Assembly (NCBI RefSeq): GCF_963921235.1
Contig: NC_086097.1
Location: 48,486,001-48,550,000, forward strand
Length of the DNA stretch: 64,000 nt
DNA from: Mobula hypostoma
Lineage: Eukaryota
Direction: 5' to 3'
The notes under the pieces are model-generated. The model ran no database searches. It was not told the DNA's origin and saw only the letters and a list, made by a program, of their open reading frames with translations. This document shows positions 13,546-27,100 of this stretch, in pieces. Positions within the stretch are counted from its first letter, which is position 1; each line of letters opens with the position of its first letter. Both the position numbers and the translations under genes were made by a program.

Positions 13546-16414
13546 TTATTATTAATATTATTTTATTTGAACAGTTGTCTTCTTTTGGACACTGGTTGTT
13601 TGTCAGTCTGTTTGTACGTAGTTTTTCATTCATTCTACTGTATTCCTTTGTTCTACTCTGAATGCCTGCAAGAAAATGAATCTCTGGATAGTATGTAGTG
13701 ACATGTACTTATTTTGATAATAAATTTATTTTGAACTTTGAACATCCAGTAATTTCTACAGAGAATGGTTACTTTGTCACTTTTGACTTCAATCATATGT
13801 TTTAATCAGTTGTAGCCCACTTGTGAACTCATTGCATGTTACTGTGATATATGGGTATGTCGTCAAGAATGTAGGAATTGCTGGATGATAAACTGGCCAT
13901 TTACCAGCCCAGCTGTCTCACAATATTATTGCAATAGATGCACTTACTGATTATAGAACTCAATCTCTATTGGCTTGTTGCAGAGAGTTTTGAGAATTTT
14001 AGTTTAGAGATCATCCTTTTCCTCCTACATTCCACAATTACCACATCACAACACTTAAATTACATTACTGCTTCTCATGATCTAATCCCTCTGTACCATC
14101 AACTACCTTTTCCACATCATTATGATAGCTTCATCTTCTATGCGTCCAGGATGGTACTTCTTCCAAGTGAGTCACCAATGGTTTACAATTTGAGAGCATC
14201 TGAATCAGAATCAGGTTTATTATCGCTAACAAATGTTGCAAAATGTGTGTACAGTGAAGGACAAGCCAAATTGCCTTTGAAGAGTTTTTAGAACAGAAGC
14301 AGCGGCGTCCTCTGAGCTGGTCCTTTGAGCATACTGCAGTGAAAAGTGCTTCCTGTCACCAGCTAACTGTGTGAAATATTCATACTTTAAGAAACTGGTT
14401 TAACAAATGAGAAAGTGGAAAGGAGGGATGTAATCGTTCAACGACTGCATTGTTTCATACCTCACATTAATGATTAGAGCAGGATTATATGAACAAACTT
14501 CAATACAAGAGGGAACATGAATCTCACAAATTGCCGCACAAACAGATTGATAGAAGAGATGTTTCTGTGCCAGAAAAAGTAACAATCAATAGTGAGAACT
14601 TGAAATACAAATTACCATTCTAAAATCCGCCAGGGGTTATAAATTCAGAGAGGATAACATGAGTAACATTTAAAAAAAATCATTTTACAGTTCAAAAGTA
14701 ATGGGACAATAAGATAGGATTGTTACATCCTCTGTTCTACAAGATTATACCCTCAGAGGGGAGGCAGGTTCTGTATTATTTAAACCATCTCGCCTTTCAG
14801 ACATTTAGATAGACCTACTAATCGAATTTCCTTCATATCTATGCTGACTTTCTTTTGCGGTACCCCATGTCAGAAAAAAAACACATTTTCACAGTGATTC
14901 ACCTTGCCCCCAATCTCCTCTCTAAGTGCAAACATCAAATAAGAACATTGTTTTTCTCTCTGTTTGGTTGTGGCTGCCTTCCAAACTTCACCACATCTCT
15001 TGGAGAGCACATCCCATTGTTTGAATAGCTCAGCTCAGAATGGATCTTTTCAAAATATGCCACGTAAATGCTTACTGATATTCATTTTTGTTGTAATGCA
15101 TTCCTTTCCCTTTCTGTCTGACTTTCTTCATGGGCTTGTTGATATGGAAAGAAAACCTCAAATAAGGCCTCCTATAACTATACCTAATAAGTATGACCAC
15201 AGTTAAAAAAAGTGTGTCACAACTGAGGTGAGAGCTTGTATTATGTTGTGTAATCAGTTTAGCCACATTCTTTTGTGTGACACTTTGACGCTTTAATGCA
15301 TTTTACTTCTAGAAGGAGAATGCAATCAGCCAACAATATGTTAAGGGAGTCTGACCATTAAAATTGATGGCGCCTCCCACTTTTGCTTCACAATCCATTT
15401 TCTGCGATATTTCCCCGAGTGAAAGTTAAAATTCCTTAACCTTACATGGCAGTGAGGATTGAGATGTAAAATACTAAGAGGGAGAAAGAACAAATTATGA
15501 CCTGGTAATGAGAAGGGGAACGATTAATGGAGAATCACCAGCTGTGGTTAAACAGGTACGACCTGAAACATAGAAATAGGCCTATTGAGAGGATCAAAAA
15601 ACATAGGAACCATAGAATCTAGAAACTCATGGAATGCAATATGACTTTTAGCCCACAGTGCTTATTTCAGTCAGCAATAGATTGATTTTAATCTCACTCC
15701 TCAACTTTTGTGGAAACAGCCTTGTGGATTGTGGCTCTTTGAATGATCATCCAGATGCTTCTTAAAGGCAAATATATCTGTCCCCAACACTCTTTCAGAT
15801 GGTGTTGCACATCCCCAATACTTGTTGAGTGGAAAAATATTTCCTGAACTCCAATCAACATCCAGTTAGAAAGGCAATGGAGCTTGATCAGCCTACAAAC
15901 AGATGGTTGGATGAATCCTGTGTGCATTAAGATCAAGGTTCCTGGTCTCTAAAGTTGTTTGGATTTTTGCATTGTCTCGGAAAAGTACTCGTAAGAAGAA
16001 TCCCAAGAGAAATATAAATTTTAACAGATAATACTACCAACAAAACCCTCAAAGCTAAAAAGCTGTCAGCAGTTGACTCCTTGCAAATTGGCTTCTTTCA
16101 ATATTAAGTTAAAAAAAAGTTGGAATAACTTTCACATGAAAAGTCAAATACTTTGAGCATTAGTAAAATCATTTGAAGCAATAAGAAGTCAGCAGACATA
16201 AAGTCTAAATATACCATTCAAGTGAAAGTGTTAAAGACATATTGACTGAAGTGGGATCTTAAACAGAATTACAAAAAGCTTGTGAGTTTATTTCCTGAAT
16301 TCTTCATTCTGCTACATATCCTATAAACAGAGGAAGCCAAACAGCAGAAGTGAAGCTGACTTCTCATGCTAAGGGAGGAGGTCCAGTGGTACAATGAGGG
16401 TCCCATTTACTCAC

Positions 16415-16532
16415 CATCATACACGTCCACGTGACAAAGCAACATCTGGGGAGAGGCAGTTAACGGCCCCCAAACACCCTCTGCAGCCCCCTCCACCATC
16501 TGCATGCTGGCTGTGATTGTGCCAAGCACCAT
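16415..16532 (-). other. Candidate host exon (unverified)
   Basis: Donor G/GTGAGT at 16415; internal acceptor TTAACTGCCTCTCCCCAG gives a 31-nt exon 16415-16445; open frame from ATG 16532; non-repeat context. Confidence 0.25.
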
Positions 16533-16779
16533 TATTTTATAAGGAACAGGAACAGCACTTCCTAGGCAGAGAGCATTGGGAGGAGCAAATGAAAAGCTGG
16601 ACTCCCACAGCAGATTGGAATCCAGTTTGGCCTTCTTACTTCTGCAGTTATTAATGAGGCTTTAGAGGACAAATCTTGTCCAGGTTCAAAGTATCCATTA
16701 TTTCCATCAGGGGTCTTGAATTATGTAGAAGCTATGTTTAGTTTTCCTTAATAAAGCTATTTAGTTATGTATTTATAGA

Positions 16780-17170
16780 ATAAGCTCAAGCCTCTGAGCT
16801 GGTAGGTCAAGGTTTCAAGTTCCCCTCCTGAGTCATGTGCCCAAGGTCCAGGCCAGCACTCCAGTGGAGAACAGAGGGACCACTGCAGACATCATCTTTC
16901 AGGAGACATTAGAATAAGGACCTGTTTGCCCTCTGAAATATGGGTGAGTTCCCCTAGCAGGATTTCAGAGAAGAGCAGTTAATTATCTCTAAGAATTATC
17001 ACTTTGTTGACATCCGGCTGTACTCTCATTGTGTTTTCATAGAGTTTGCAGAGCACATATTGGCTGCCCTCTTTTCTATATTATGACAGGAACCATGCTT
17101 GAAAAGTACTTTATTGGTTGTAGTGCACTTTGAGACCGCTGATGATATAAAAGGCGGCAAAAAAAAAAGG
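16780..17170 (+). mobile_element. Deu-domain SINE (SacSINE1/AmnSINE1-like), degenerate
   Basis: tRNA-like head (GGTTTCAAGTTCC), central GAAGAGCAG block, ATTGGCTGCC and AAAAGTACTTTATTGGTTGTAGTGCACTTTGAGAC 3' block resemble the remembered SacSINE1 consensus. Confidence 0.7.
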
Positions 17171-18309
17171 ATTTTTTTCTTTCTCGTTTAAAAATGCTGC
17201 TAATCTGCTTTGAGCCTTCTGATAGTAGTCTGTTCTGAGAAATTAACCAGATGTATGTCTCGTTAGTACATGGGTGGGGAATGCTCCCAACATGGCTTTA
17301 TCTGGGGAAGAGACAACAGTCACAAGACCGCCCTGCCTAAGAATCTTAAGAATCTCCCATGATGTACACGTTCCTATATCCAAAGGGACTCAATTGTGTT
17401 CTCAAACTGACTTTGAATCAATTTCAAATCGGTGATCACTTCATTTTGATTGATAGAAGATATTTCTGCTTCCGCAATATTTGAAATTTCCACAGCCTAT
17501 CACTGTAGCATATCAAAAGGTAATTTACTGGTCATAAATAACAATAGGAGTTGTGTATGCAATTATTGTCCAACCATCTTGAGCACCATAGACTGAGAAA
17601 AACAAGTCCTACAACTTACAGCAATGAAGTACTGTCTGTTTTGGGTGGCCCCCAGAGATATCTGAGAAATGGCTTAACAAATTTCTGTTTGGTTATTGGT
17701 TTATTTCTTTCACTTCCCATTTTATAGATGTTTTCAATTTTCTCACACAGATCTTTGGCATTGAAGATGACTTAGGTGTGATGGGTTGAGCTACAGGGTG
17801 AGTGGCTGGGTAGTTTGAGGTTATCTGCTCCCTTTGCTGTTTACAGAGGACCGCTCTGTGTTCCTGATGCATGGACTCAGGATTCTTAATGGCAGGCTGT
17901 TCAGTTATGGAACAGAGATGCCCAGGAGTCAGTGGGGATGTTTTCTTTCTTCAAGAATGCATTGAGGACATCCTTACGTGTAAAAAGCATATAACAAACT
18001 TTTGTTTATACTTATTTTGTGTGACTGGAAAGTTCCATCCTGAACATTAAAGGTAAGGCCATGGCGATAGTAAAAAGTTAATAATTGTGACTGAATCACT
18101 GCAAGTTGATTAAGTGATAATGGGCCTTTGATTACTGGGGAAATCTATTTTTCTTTTACAGTTCGACAGCACAACCAGAGTCCCCAGTGATGTATACTTT
18201 ATATGTTAAAATAGCAGAGTCTAAAAGGCAATAGAAACATAAAGGGCACACATGATTACTTAAAACAAAATATAAATACTTCAGGCAGAAATGCCAAATA
18301 AATAGACAA

Positions 18310-18770
18310 CCAGCAAGGTACAATTGAAGAAAGAGCCTGATCCTTGCTCACCCTGGTTAAGATGAGTGCAGCTCCAATAACACTCAGATGTTGAACATTA
18401 TCCAAGTTAAGACAACCTGCCTGATTCATGCTGCATCCATTGCTCCAAACATTGACTCCATCTGCCAGAACTGCTCTGTGTCTACAGTGTGCACTATCTG
18501 GAATATTCACTGCAGTTACTTGTCCAGCAGCACCTCCCAGTCCTTTCTTCTTTATCATCAGGCATGAGGCAACACTACCTCCTGCAAGCTTCCCTCCCCT
18601 AATATGAACGTATATTGCCATTCCTTTGCTGTCACTGAGTTTAAATTCTGGAACTGCCCAGCTGACAGGACTGGGAATACCTCCATTGTAAGCACTGCTG
18701 TAGCTCAAGGTAGCTCACCACTTACCTTCTAATAGGCAATAAGAGGTGTGCGATAAGTACCTGCATCCTG
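18310..18770 (+). mobile_element. Old LINE 3' fragment (clade uncertain; related piece at about 62270-62468)
   Basis: GAGTGCAGCTCCAATAACACTC, CAGCACCTCCCA, AAATTCTGGAACT and GCTCACCAC blocks typical of an abundant elasmobranch LINE end; no open frame. Confidence 0.5.
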
Positions 18771-19140
18771 TCAATCCTGTAGAAATGTGCATCATGCCTG
18801 AGGGTAAGGAAGACTTGCATTGGAATAAACTGTTTAAAAGAATTTTGATTCAGTTAGCTAGAACATGTAAATGCAAAGAATCATGGTAGAATCTGTTAGA
18901 GTGAGTTTTTGGGCAGATGATTCATTTACACTTAAATGACTCTGGCCACCAGTCTTCTGTTTGGTAAAGTACTGTGGATTGAGTTCACAACAATGCATTT
19001 CCTAAAAGCTGTGAATATCAAATACTAGCCAGGCACTGCGGATGGAAGTGTGAAGATTACAGGTAGTTCTGAAGACAGCCTTATCCATACTTTATAAATA
19101 TTAATCGTGCTCTATGTTAGCACATAAAATACCAAATAAA

Positions 19141-19483
19141 TGTATTGTGGATTTGACTTGCACTCCTAAAGGCTGTGAATACCTACCCAGACATGTTGGC
19201 GTCAGAAGGAAAGGATGAAGTCAGAAGGTGTGATGTTTTGTATGTAGCTTCAAAAGAAAGCATTGTCTATAACTTTGTAAATAGCGATTGCCCTTTGTGT
19301 TTAGCATATAAATATCAAGCCCACATTGGGCTAGCAGACCTTTCCACTGAAAGCATCTCCGTCCGTATGATGCCTGTTGTACCTTGTTGTGTCGAATAAA
19401 GAAGCTGCTTTGTATCTACCAGTGACTGTCTCTCCAGTGATTTCATCCACCCCACAACATTTGGTGTCAGGAGTGGGATACGA
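19141..19483 (+). mobile_element. Isolated LTR followed by a tRNA-Leu primer-binding site
   Basis: TATAAATA near 19307, AATAAA near 19395, LTR end ACAACA at 19459, then TGGTGTCAGGAGTGGGAT (19462-19479) complementary to the 3' 18 nt of tRNA-Leu(CAG). The 5' boundary is uncertain. Confidence 0.75.
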
Positions 19484-21727
19484 ATCCATCAATGAAAAAC
19501 TGCACACAACAAAGACGGCCAAATGATCAATGGGCAAAATATGACAAACTGTGCAAATACAAAGAAAACCCCACAATAACAATAAATAAATAAGCAAAAA
19601 ATATAGAGAACATGAGATGAAGAGTCCTTGAATAGTTGTATAATGCTCTTACATAGAGTGTCATATAAAGTTAAGTTTCTGTTTCTAGATCATTGACTTG
19701 CTGTGAAGTGGGGACATTGGATGAAGTTGGGATTGGACTCAGCTGGGATACCACCCATACTCAAATCACCTCTGACTATGATGGACTAAACCCATAATAG
19801 TCATTCAAAAGGCTTAATAACCAGTTCCTGTGAAACTGAACTTAGGACTTTCAAGGGAAGAATGAAGAATATTTCGTGGTGAAAAAAAAACAGTAAATAT
19901 CTACGAATGAAATTATGTAGAAGTCAGGAATGAGTATGGTGTAGTAGTTCTTTGAGGCTTGTTTTGGTACCCAAGCTCCCATCATAGTGTCCAGCAGTGT
20001 GTTCAGCAGTTTTGTCTCAACCGTTCTGTCTGGCAGACCATTCCAAAATTTATCATAAATATAAGTTATAACCATGAGGAGTACAGGGTTAGTGAGGTTT
20101 AGTTGATTTATTCATGGATGTAGTTGTCAGCTTCGATCATTTCTGAAATACATTGAGCAATAGACCAAAATTCAATGTGTTGTTATATCATTCATTATAT
20201 CAAGAGCATGCCAAAATTGACAAGATTTTACTTCTCATTCATTCAACTAGAAATGCAAAGCATGAGTTTAATCTTGTCTTGACTGGATTCAAGTAACTTC
20301 ATCAGAAATTATGAAGTTGATACTTCAATAAACATATGTCACAAAATATTTGAAAATGGAATTGAAATGAATTTTGCTTTCCACTAAATGAATGATGTTG
20401 ATGGGGTTGAGTTCACATGTGAACCAAAAAAATCATCTGAGACACAGCAGTGCTGTTAAATCTTATGGAGAAAAGCCAGCACTTGATTGAATTGAACATT
20501 TGAATAATGATTGTACACCCAAAGGAAATACTGTGTTTGTCTCTTTGCTTCTAGTTCAAAACTGTATCTCTGAGTTAACAAAAATGGCAATAATTGTATA
20601 CGACACAGACTAATTTGCCATATTTGTTTGTTGAACTGTACCAATTTTGAGCGCTTTTGGGGGGATGCAAGTTCAAGTAGGCCAAGTTATTTTGAGATGA
20701 GGAACATTATAATTTGTCAAGCAGGGAATGTGAAAATCAAAAATTGCCAATTTTGTTAGTTCTGTGCTTTTTAATATCCTTAACTAATGAGATGAGATTT
20801 CATTATTTAATGCCATACTTAGTAGACAGAATTTCCAGCATAGTTCACATTATTGACTCAGATGGATATCAGAAGTGTTGGTGATTTAATTTTTATGCAC
20901 CTTGTTGAAGTACAATGTTGCTATCTCAAAAATAGCTGGACAGATTCACACACACTTCTGAATGTAAATCTAACCGGCAAAACTATGTGTAAGACAAGCA
21001 AGGACTTTTGATTTATCTTGTTTTCAGATAATGTTTTACATAAAAATCACACATATAAAAGACTGATTAAATGCAGTAAAATAAACACAAAGGAAAAGCA
21101 CTTGAAAAACTCATTTTTGGTGGCACACTTCAGTGCTTCTGGAAAACATAATGACCTAATATATTCAGCACATTGCCTGGATAGAAAGCATCGTATTGAT
21201 AACAAGCATAGATTTCCAACTTGTCGTCTGAAAGATACTCCAGAAATCTATTCTGTGCAGATGAAAGCACACAGCACAATGCACTCCCCTTATCATTTCA
21301 CTCCAAATCCACAGAATACATAAAATGGTCGATAGTTCCTAAAAGCACAGGGTCCAATGTTCGACTATGCATTTCCTGTTGTTAATGTGACATAGTGAAT
21401 AATTTGCTTCTAAACTGCTGGGCACTGCCTGTGTGGAAATTTGTAGTGCGAGCCTTCTTTACTAAAAAATTGGGAAGGCCAAAATAATGGTGACGCTCTA
21501 ACTGACTGTGTTGTCAATCCTTGTACGAAACTGATTTGATGATAAATTGTTCAGGTTCAAAGTAAATTTATTATCAAAATGCATATGTGTCACCACTTAC
21601 AATCTGATATCCATTTCCTTGCAGGTATTCACAGTAGATATCAGAAACACAATAGAATCAATGAAAGACCACACCGACCAGGACGGACAAACAATCAATG
21701 TGCAAAAGACAACAAACTGCAAAATGC

Positions 21728-23820
21728 AATAGAAACATAGAAAATAGGTGCAGGAGTAGGCCATTCGGCCCTTCGAGCCTGCACCGCCATTTATTATGAT
21801 CATGGCTGATCATCCAACTCAGAACCCCGCCCCAGCCTTCCCTCCATACCCCCTGACCCCTGTAGCCACAAGGGCCATATCTAACTCCCTCTTAAATATA
21901 GCCAATGAACTGGCCTCAACAGTTTCCTGTGGCAGAGAATTCCACAGATTCACCACTCTCTGTGTGAAGAAGTTTTTCCTAATCTCGGTCCTAAAAGGCT
22001 TCCCCTCTATCCTCAAACTGTGGCCCCTCGTTCTGGACTTCCCCAACATCGGGAACAATCTTCCTGCATCTAGCCTGTCCAATCCCTTTAGGATCTTATA
22101 CGTTTCAATCAGATCCCCCCTCAATCTTCTAAATTCCAACGAGTACAAACCCAGTTCATCCAGTCTTTCTTCATAAGAAAGTCCTGCCATCCCAGGAATC
22201 AATCTGGCGAACCTTCTTTGTACTCCCTCTATGGCAAAGATGTCTTTCCTCAGATTAGGGGACCAAAACTGCACACAATACTCCAGGTGTGGTCTCACCA
22301 AGGCCTTGAACAACTGCAGTAGTACCTCCCTGCTCCTGTACTCGAATCCTCTCGCTATAAATGCCAGCATACCATTCGCCTTTTTCACCACCTGCTGTAC
22401 CTGCATGCCCACTTTCAATGACTGGTGTATAATGACACCCAGGTCTCGTTGCACCTCCCCTTTTCCTAATCGGCCACCATTCAGATAATAATCTGTTTTC
22501 CTATTTTTGCCACCAAAGTGGATAACTTCATATTTATCCACATTATATTGCATCTGCCATGAATTTGCCCACTCACCCAACCTATCCAAGTCGCCCTGCA
22601 TCCTCTTAGCATCCTCCTCACTGCTAACACTGCTGCCCAGCTTTGTGTCATCCGCAAACTTGGAGATGCTGCATTTAATTCCCTCATCCAAGTCATTAAT
22701 ATATATTGTAAACAACTGGGGTCCCAGCACTGAGCCTTGCGGTACCCCACTAGTCACCGCCTGCCATTCTGAAAAGGTCCCGTTTATTCCCACTCTTTGC
22801 TTCCTGTCTGCTAACCAACTCTTCACCCACACCAATACCTTACCCCCAATACCGTGTGCTTTAAGTTTGCACACTAATCTCCTGTGTGGGACCTTGTCAA
22901 AAGCCTTTTGAAAATCCAAATATACCACATCCACTGGTTCTCCCCTATCTACTCTACTAGTTACATCCTCAAAAAATTCTATGAGATCGTCAGACATGAT
23001 TTTCCTTTCACAAATCCATGTTGACTTTGTCCGATCATTTCACCGCATTCCAAATGTGCTGTTATCACATCCTTGATAACTGACTCCAGCAGTTTCCCCA
23101 CCACTGACGTTAGGCTAACCGGTCTATAATTCCCCAATTTCTCTCTCCCTCCTTTTTTAAAAAGTGGGGTTACATTAGCCACCCTCCAATCCTCAGGAAC
23201 TAGTCCAGAATCTAACGAGTTTTGAAAAATTATCACTAATGCATCCATTATTTCTTGGGCTACTTCCTTAAGCACTCTAGGATGCAGACCATCTGGCCCT
23301 GGGGATTTATCTGCCTTCAATCCCTTCAATTTACCTAACACCACTTCCCTACTAACATGTATTTCGCTCAGTTCCTCCATCTCACTGGACCCTCTGTCCC
23401 TTACTATTTCTGGAAGATTATTTATGTCCTCCTTAGTGAAGACAGAACCAAAGTAATTATTCAATTGGTCTGCCATGTCCTTGCTCCCCATAATCAATTC
23501 ACCTGTTTCTGTCTGCAGGGGACCTACATTTGTCTTTACCAGTCTTTTCCTTTTTACATATCTATAAAAGCTTGTACAGTCTGTTTTTATGTTCCCTGCC
23601 AGTTTTCTCTCATAATCTTTTTACCCTTTCCTAATTAAACCCTTTGTCCTCCTCTGCTGAACTCTGAATTTCTCCCAGTCCTCAGGTGAGCCACTTTCTC
23701 TGGCTAATTTGTATGCTTCTTCTTTGGAATTGATACTATCCCTAATTTCTCTTGTCAGCCACGGGTGCACTACCTTCCTTGATTTATTCTTTTGCCAAAC
23801 TGGGATGAACAATTGTTGTA
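21728..23820 (-). mobile_element. Young 5'-truncated CR1 LINE, inserted in a Rex-type 3' UTR (21550-21727 and 23821-23911)
   Basis: ORFs 21819-22997 (392 aa RT), 22979-23497 (KSPGPDG, NYRPVSLTS) and 23621-23812; same subfamily as 7244-8514. Confidence 0.97.
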
Positions 23821-24190
23821 GGGAAATAGGGAAAACAATAAATAATACTAATGAATAAATGAATAATAAATATAGAGAACATGAGATGAAGAGTCCTTGA
23901 AAGTGAGTCCAATTATGCAGTTAATACCATGAGTTAAATTCTAACAAGGAATTTCTTTTTCTCCAGCCTTTTACCTTTGCCACCTAACACCACCCAGTTT
24001 TACCCCACACTCCCCCATCCACCTTCCCCTATCACCTTCTAGCTCGTCCTTCTTCTGCTCTCATCACCTTATTCTGGCATCTTTCTCCTTCCTTTCCAGT
24101 CTTGCTAAATGTCAACTGCTTATTCATTTCCATAGATGATGGCTGACCTGCAGGGTCCCTCCAGCATTTTGTGTGTGTTGCAAGGGATTC

Positions 24191-27100
24191 TGTTATGAGA
24201 TGCTCCCAACCACTCCAGCTTCCGAGATTTAAATGCTTAACTCTCTGGAGTATGGATAGCGGGCATGGTCTCTTTCAGGGCTTAGGATGTTCCTGTTAAT
24301 TGATAATCATGCTTCGGGCACCAAGAAATGGGTATTCAAGGAACACCTGAACATAGGCTCAGTGCTTAATCATAAGCCTCAGCAATAATTTCATCAAGTG
24401 TTTGTTTTGTGCTCAGTTTTCGATTCAGTTTGATTCCATGTCTCCATCCTAGCTTTGGATACTCCAGCATTCGGGTCCAAACCTTCCTCGTTGAGGGTTC
24501 TTATCACAATACAACTGAACCAACATGGACCCAACGGGTATAAGAGTCTTTCATCAGCTGTGGCCAGCCACAGTGAGAAAATTTCAGGACAGACCCTGGA
24601 GATACATGTTACCTGTTGCTCTGTGGAGCCAGTCCATTTTCCAACCCTGGAGAGAGTTGACAGGGACCCGGGCTCTTGCTGTAGCTTCTTCAGCCAGTGT
24701 TTGAACACCAGTGTTCCTGGTTGTCTTCGGAGTGTGAATAGGTGGCCTTCATTATCTCTCTTCTGACTGGAAAAGCCCTGGCCTGGGCCATCGTGCATTG
24801 GGAATGCAGGTTAGAGAGTTGCTCAGATTCGGAGGAATTATTGGCTACAATGAGGAAGGTGTTTTATCACTCTGCCAGAGCCAGCCAAGCCTCAGACCGC
24901 TTGATGAAAATTCAACAGGGTGGAAGGTCAGCAGTCAACTATACAATTGATTTTGGACCTTGGCCCAAGAGAGTGGCTGGAACGGTGAGACTTTGACCAT
25001 GCTGTACCACCACCGACTCTGAGATGAACTGAGGGATGTCCTTGCCTTGGGAGAGCCAGCAGAGAACGAGTTTCTTATCAACTGGTCCATCCGTCTCCAT
25101 AGTTTTCTGGCAGAGCGAAAGTGGGACCACTTCAGGAGGTCGAAGAGAGCCGGTCTGAGCCCAGTCCCTACGCATCGCAGTTCCACCCCCCAACCTCGGG
25201 CCATGACCAGACCGTCTCTGGCTTAAGATTCAGTTGAACCCATGTAGGTTGGTTGCACTAGACCTTCTGCCGATGAGGGGACCCAGCAGCAGAGTCACAG
25301 TTGCTACTTTTACTGCGGGGAAGCTGATCATCTACGGGCCAAATGTCCAAAGCTGCGGCCACCTGGGGAACTGCAAAGACCATCCAGTATCAGGAGGACT
25401 GTGACAGTAGCAGCCAGTACACCCAATCCCATTTATTCTGGTTTTTGTGCCAAAGGCGGAGTTCATCTGGGGTAAGAACTTGAGGCAGTGAAGGCTTTTT
25501 TGGATTCTGGGGCAACGGGCAGTTTTCTGGATTTAGGAACTGCCCATTAGTTCACGATACAGCTGTGAGAGTTAAGGCAAGCCTGGACGACCTGGATGGC
25601 CGACTGCTAAGTTCTGGGCAGATGCAGCAACAGACTGTGATTTTCTTGATGAAGATAGGGGATCATGAGGAAGACATTAGTTTTTACATTATTGACTCTC
25701 CACTTGTACCCTGATCCTCGGGTACCCTTGTCTGTCGCAGAATAAACTATCTGTGGACTCGAGAGGGGGGGAGAATCATTGCTTGGTCCAGTCATTGTAC
25801 GAGGCTTTGTTTATAGCATTGTGTTCTGACACCCAGACTCTCCAGTGACCAAGGGGGCAGGCTTCAGGGTCAGAGAACCTGAGACCTTCTGGGGACCTAG
25901 TCCAGTCTTTAAGAGTGGACAAGCAGGTTCTGGCCAATTGGACAGTATGAGTCCTGACACAGTCTAGTCAGAATCCCACAGGGACTAGGGAGAGAGAATT
26001 TCTAGCTCAGGAGATGCCCGAGCAGTCTGGGAGACTTGCCGCTAAGCTGACGGGAACCAGCCACCAGGTCTCAAGGAAGGGAAAGACTCCTTTATGCTGA
26101 GCCTTGAAGCCAGGGATGCAAGAAATGTAACACCTCGGGGCCATTGCCTGTGGATACAGGCGGGGAGTTGGACTCTGATTTGGCCACTGTTCCCATGGAT
26201 GAACTTTGAGCTTGGAGAGCGGGCTCTGAAAAGCCCTTTGAATCACCCTGTCATGAAAAAAGTCACAGGAGTTGTCCTCAAAGGAAGATCTAGAGGAGAT
26301 AGCATCTCCCAAACAGGTTGAAATCTCCTCTGTTTCCAAAGATTTAGAGGAGGTTTTCAGCAAGGGACAGGATTTGACTCTTCCGCCACACTGACCCTAC
26401 AACTGTGCCATTGACCTGCTGCCTGGTACTTGTCTTCAATGGGGTCATTTGTACGTGCTCTCAGGCCCAGAGAGAGGCACAATGGAGGAGTATATAAAGG
26501 AAGCTCTCGCCACGGGCTTCATTCGGCCCTCTACCTCACCTGCCAGCACAGATTTCTTTCTCGTACAAAAGAAAACGGGAGCCTGCGGCCACGCATTGAT
26601 TACAGGGGAATAAAATGCATAATGGCCAAGAAACACTATCCCTTCCTCTTGTAAATACAGCTTTCGAGATGCTCCAAGGGGTGAGGATATTCACAAAATT
26701 AGACCTCCAGAGTGCCTACAGTTTGGTCTGTACCAGGGAGGGCAATGTGTGGAAGTCGGCATTCAACACACCGACAGGTCACTATGAGTATCTGGTTATG
26801 CTCTTTGGCCTTGCAAACACCCCAGTTGTTTCCCAAGCCTTTATAAACAACATGCTCTGGAATACTCTTCATAAATATGCTTTCATCTATTTGGATGATA
26901 TTCTAATCTTCTTGAAGTCCATGGAGGAGCACATTGCTCATGTAAAGGACATTTTAAAGAGGCTACTAGACCATGGACTTTACGTCAAGACCAAGTTTCA
27001 TGTGATGACTGTTTCATTTTTGCATTTCATCATCTTTAATGGTAATCCAGAAATGGGGTCGACCAAGCCCTAGGCAGTCAGAGTCTGGCCATCATTATCC

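Noticed and set aside
19462..19483. tRNA-Leu gene
   Set aside because: Only the complement of the 3' end including CCA is present, next to an LTR; it is a PBS.
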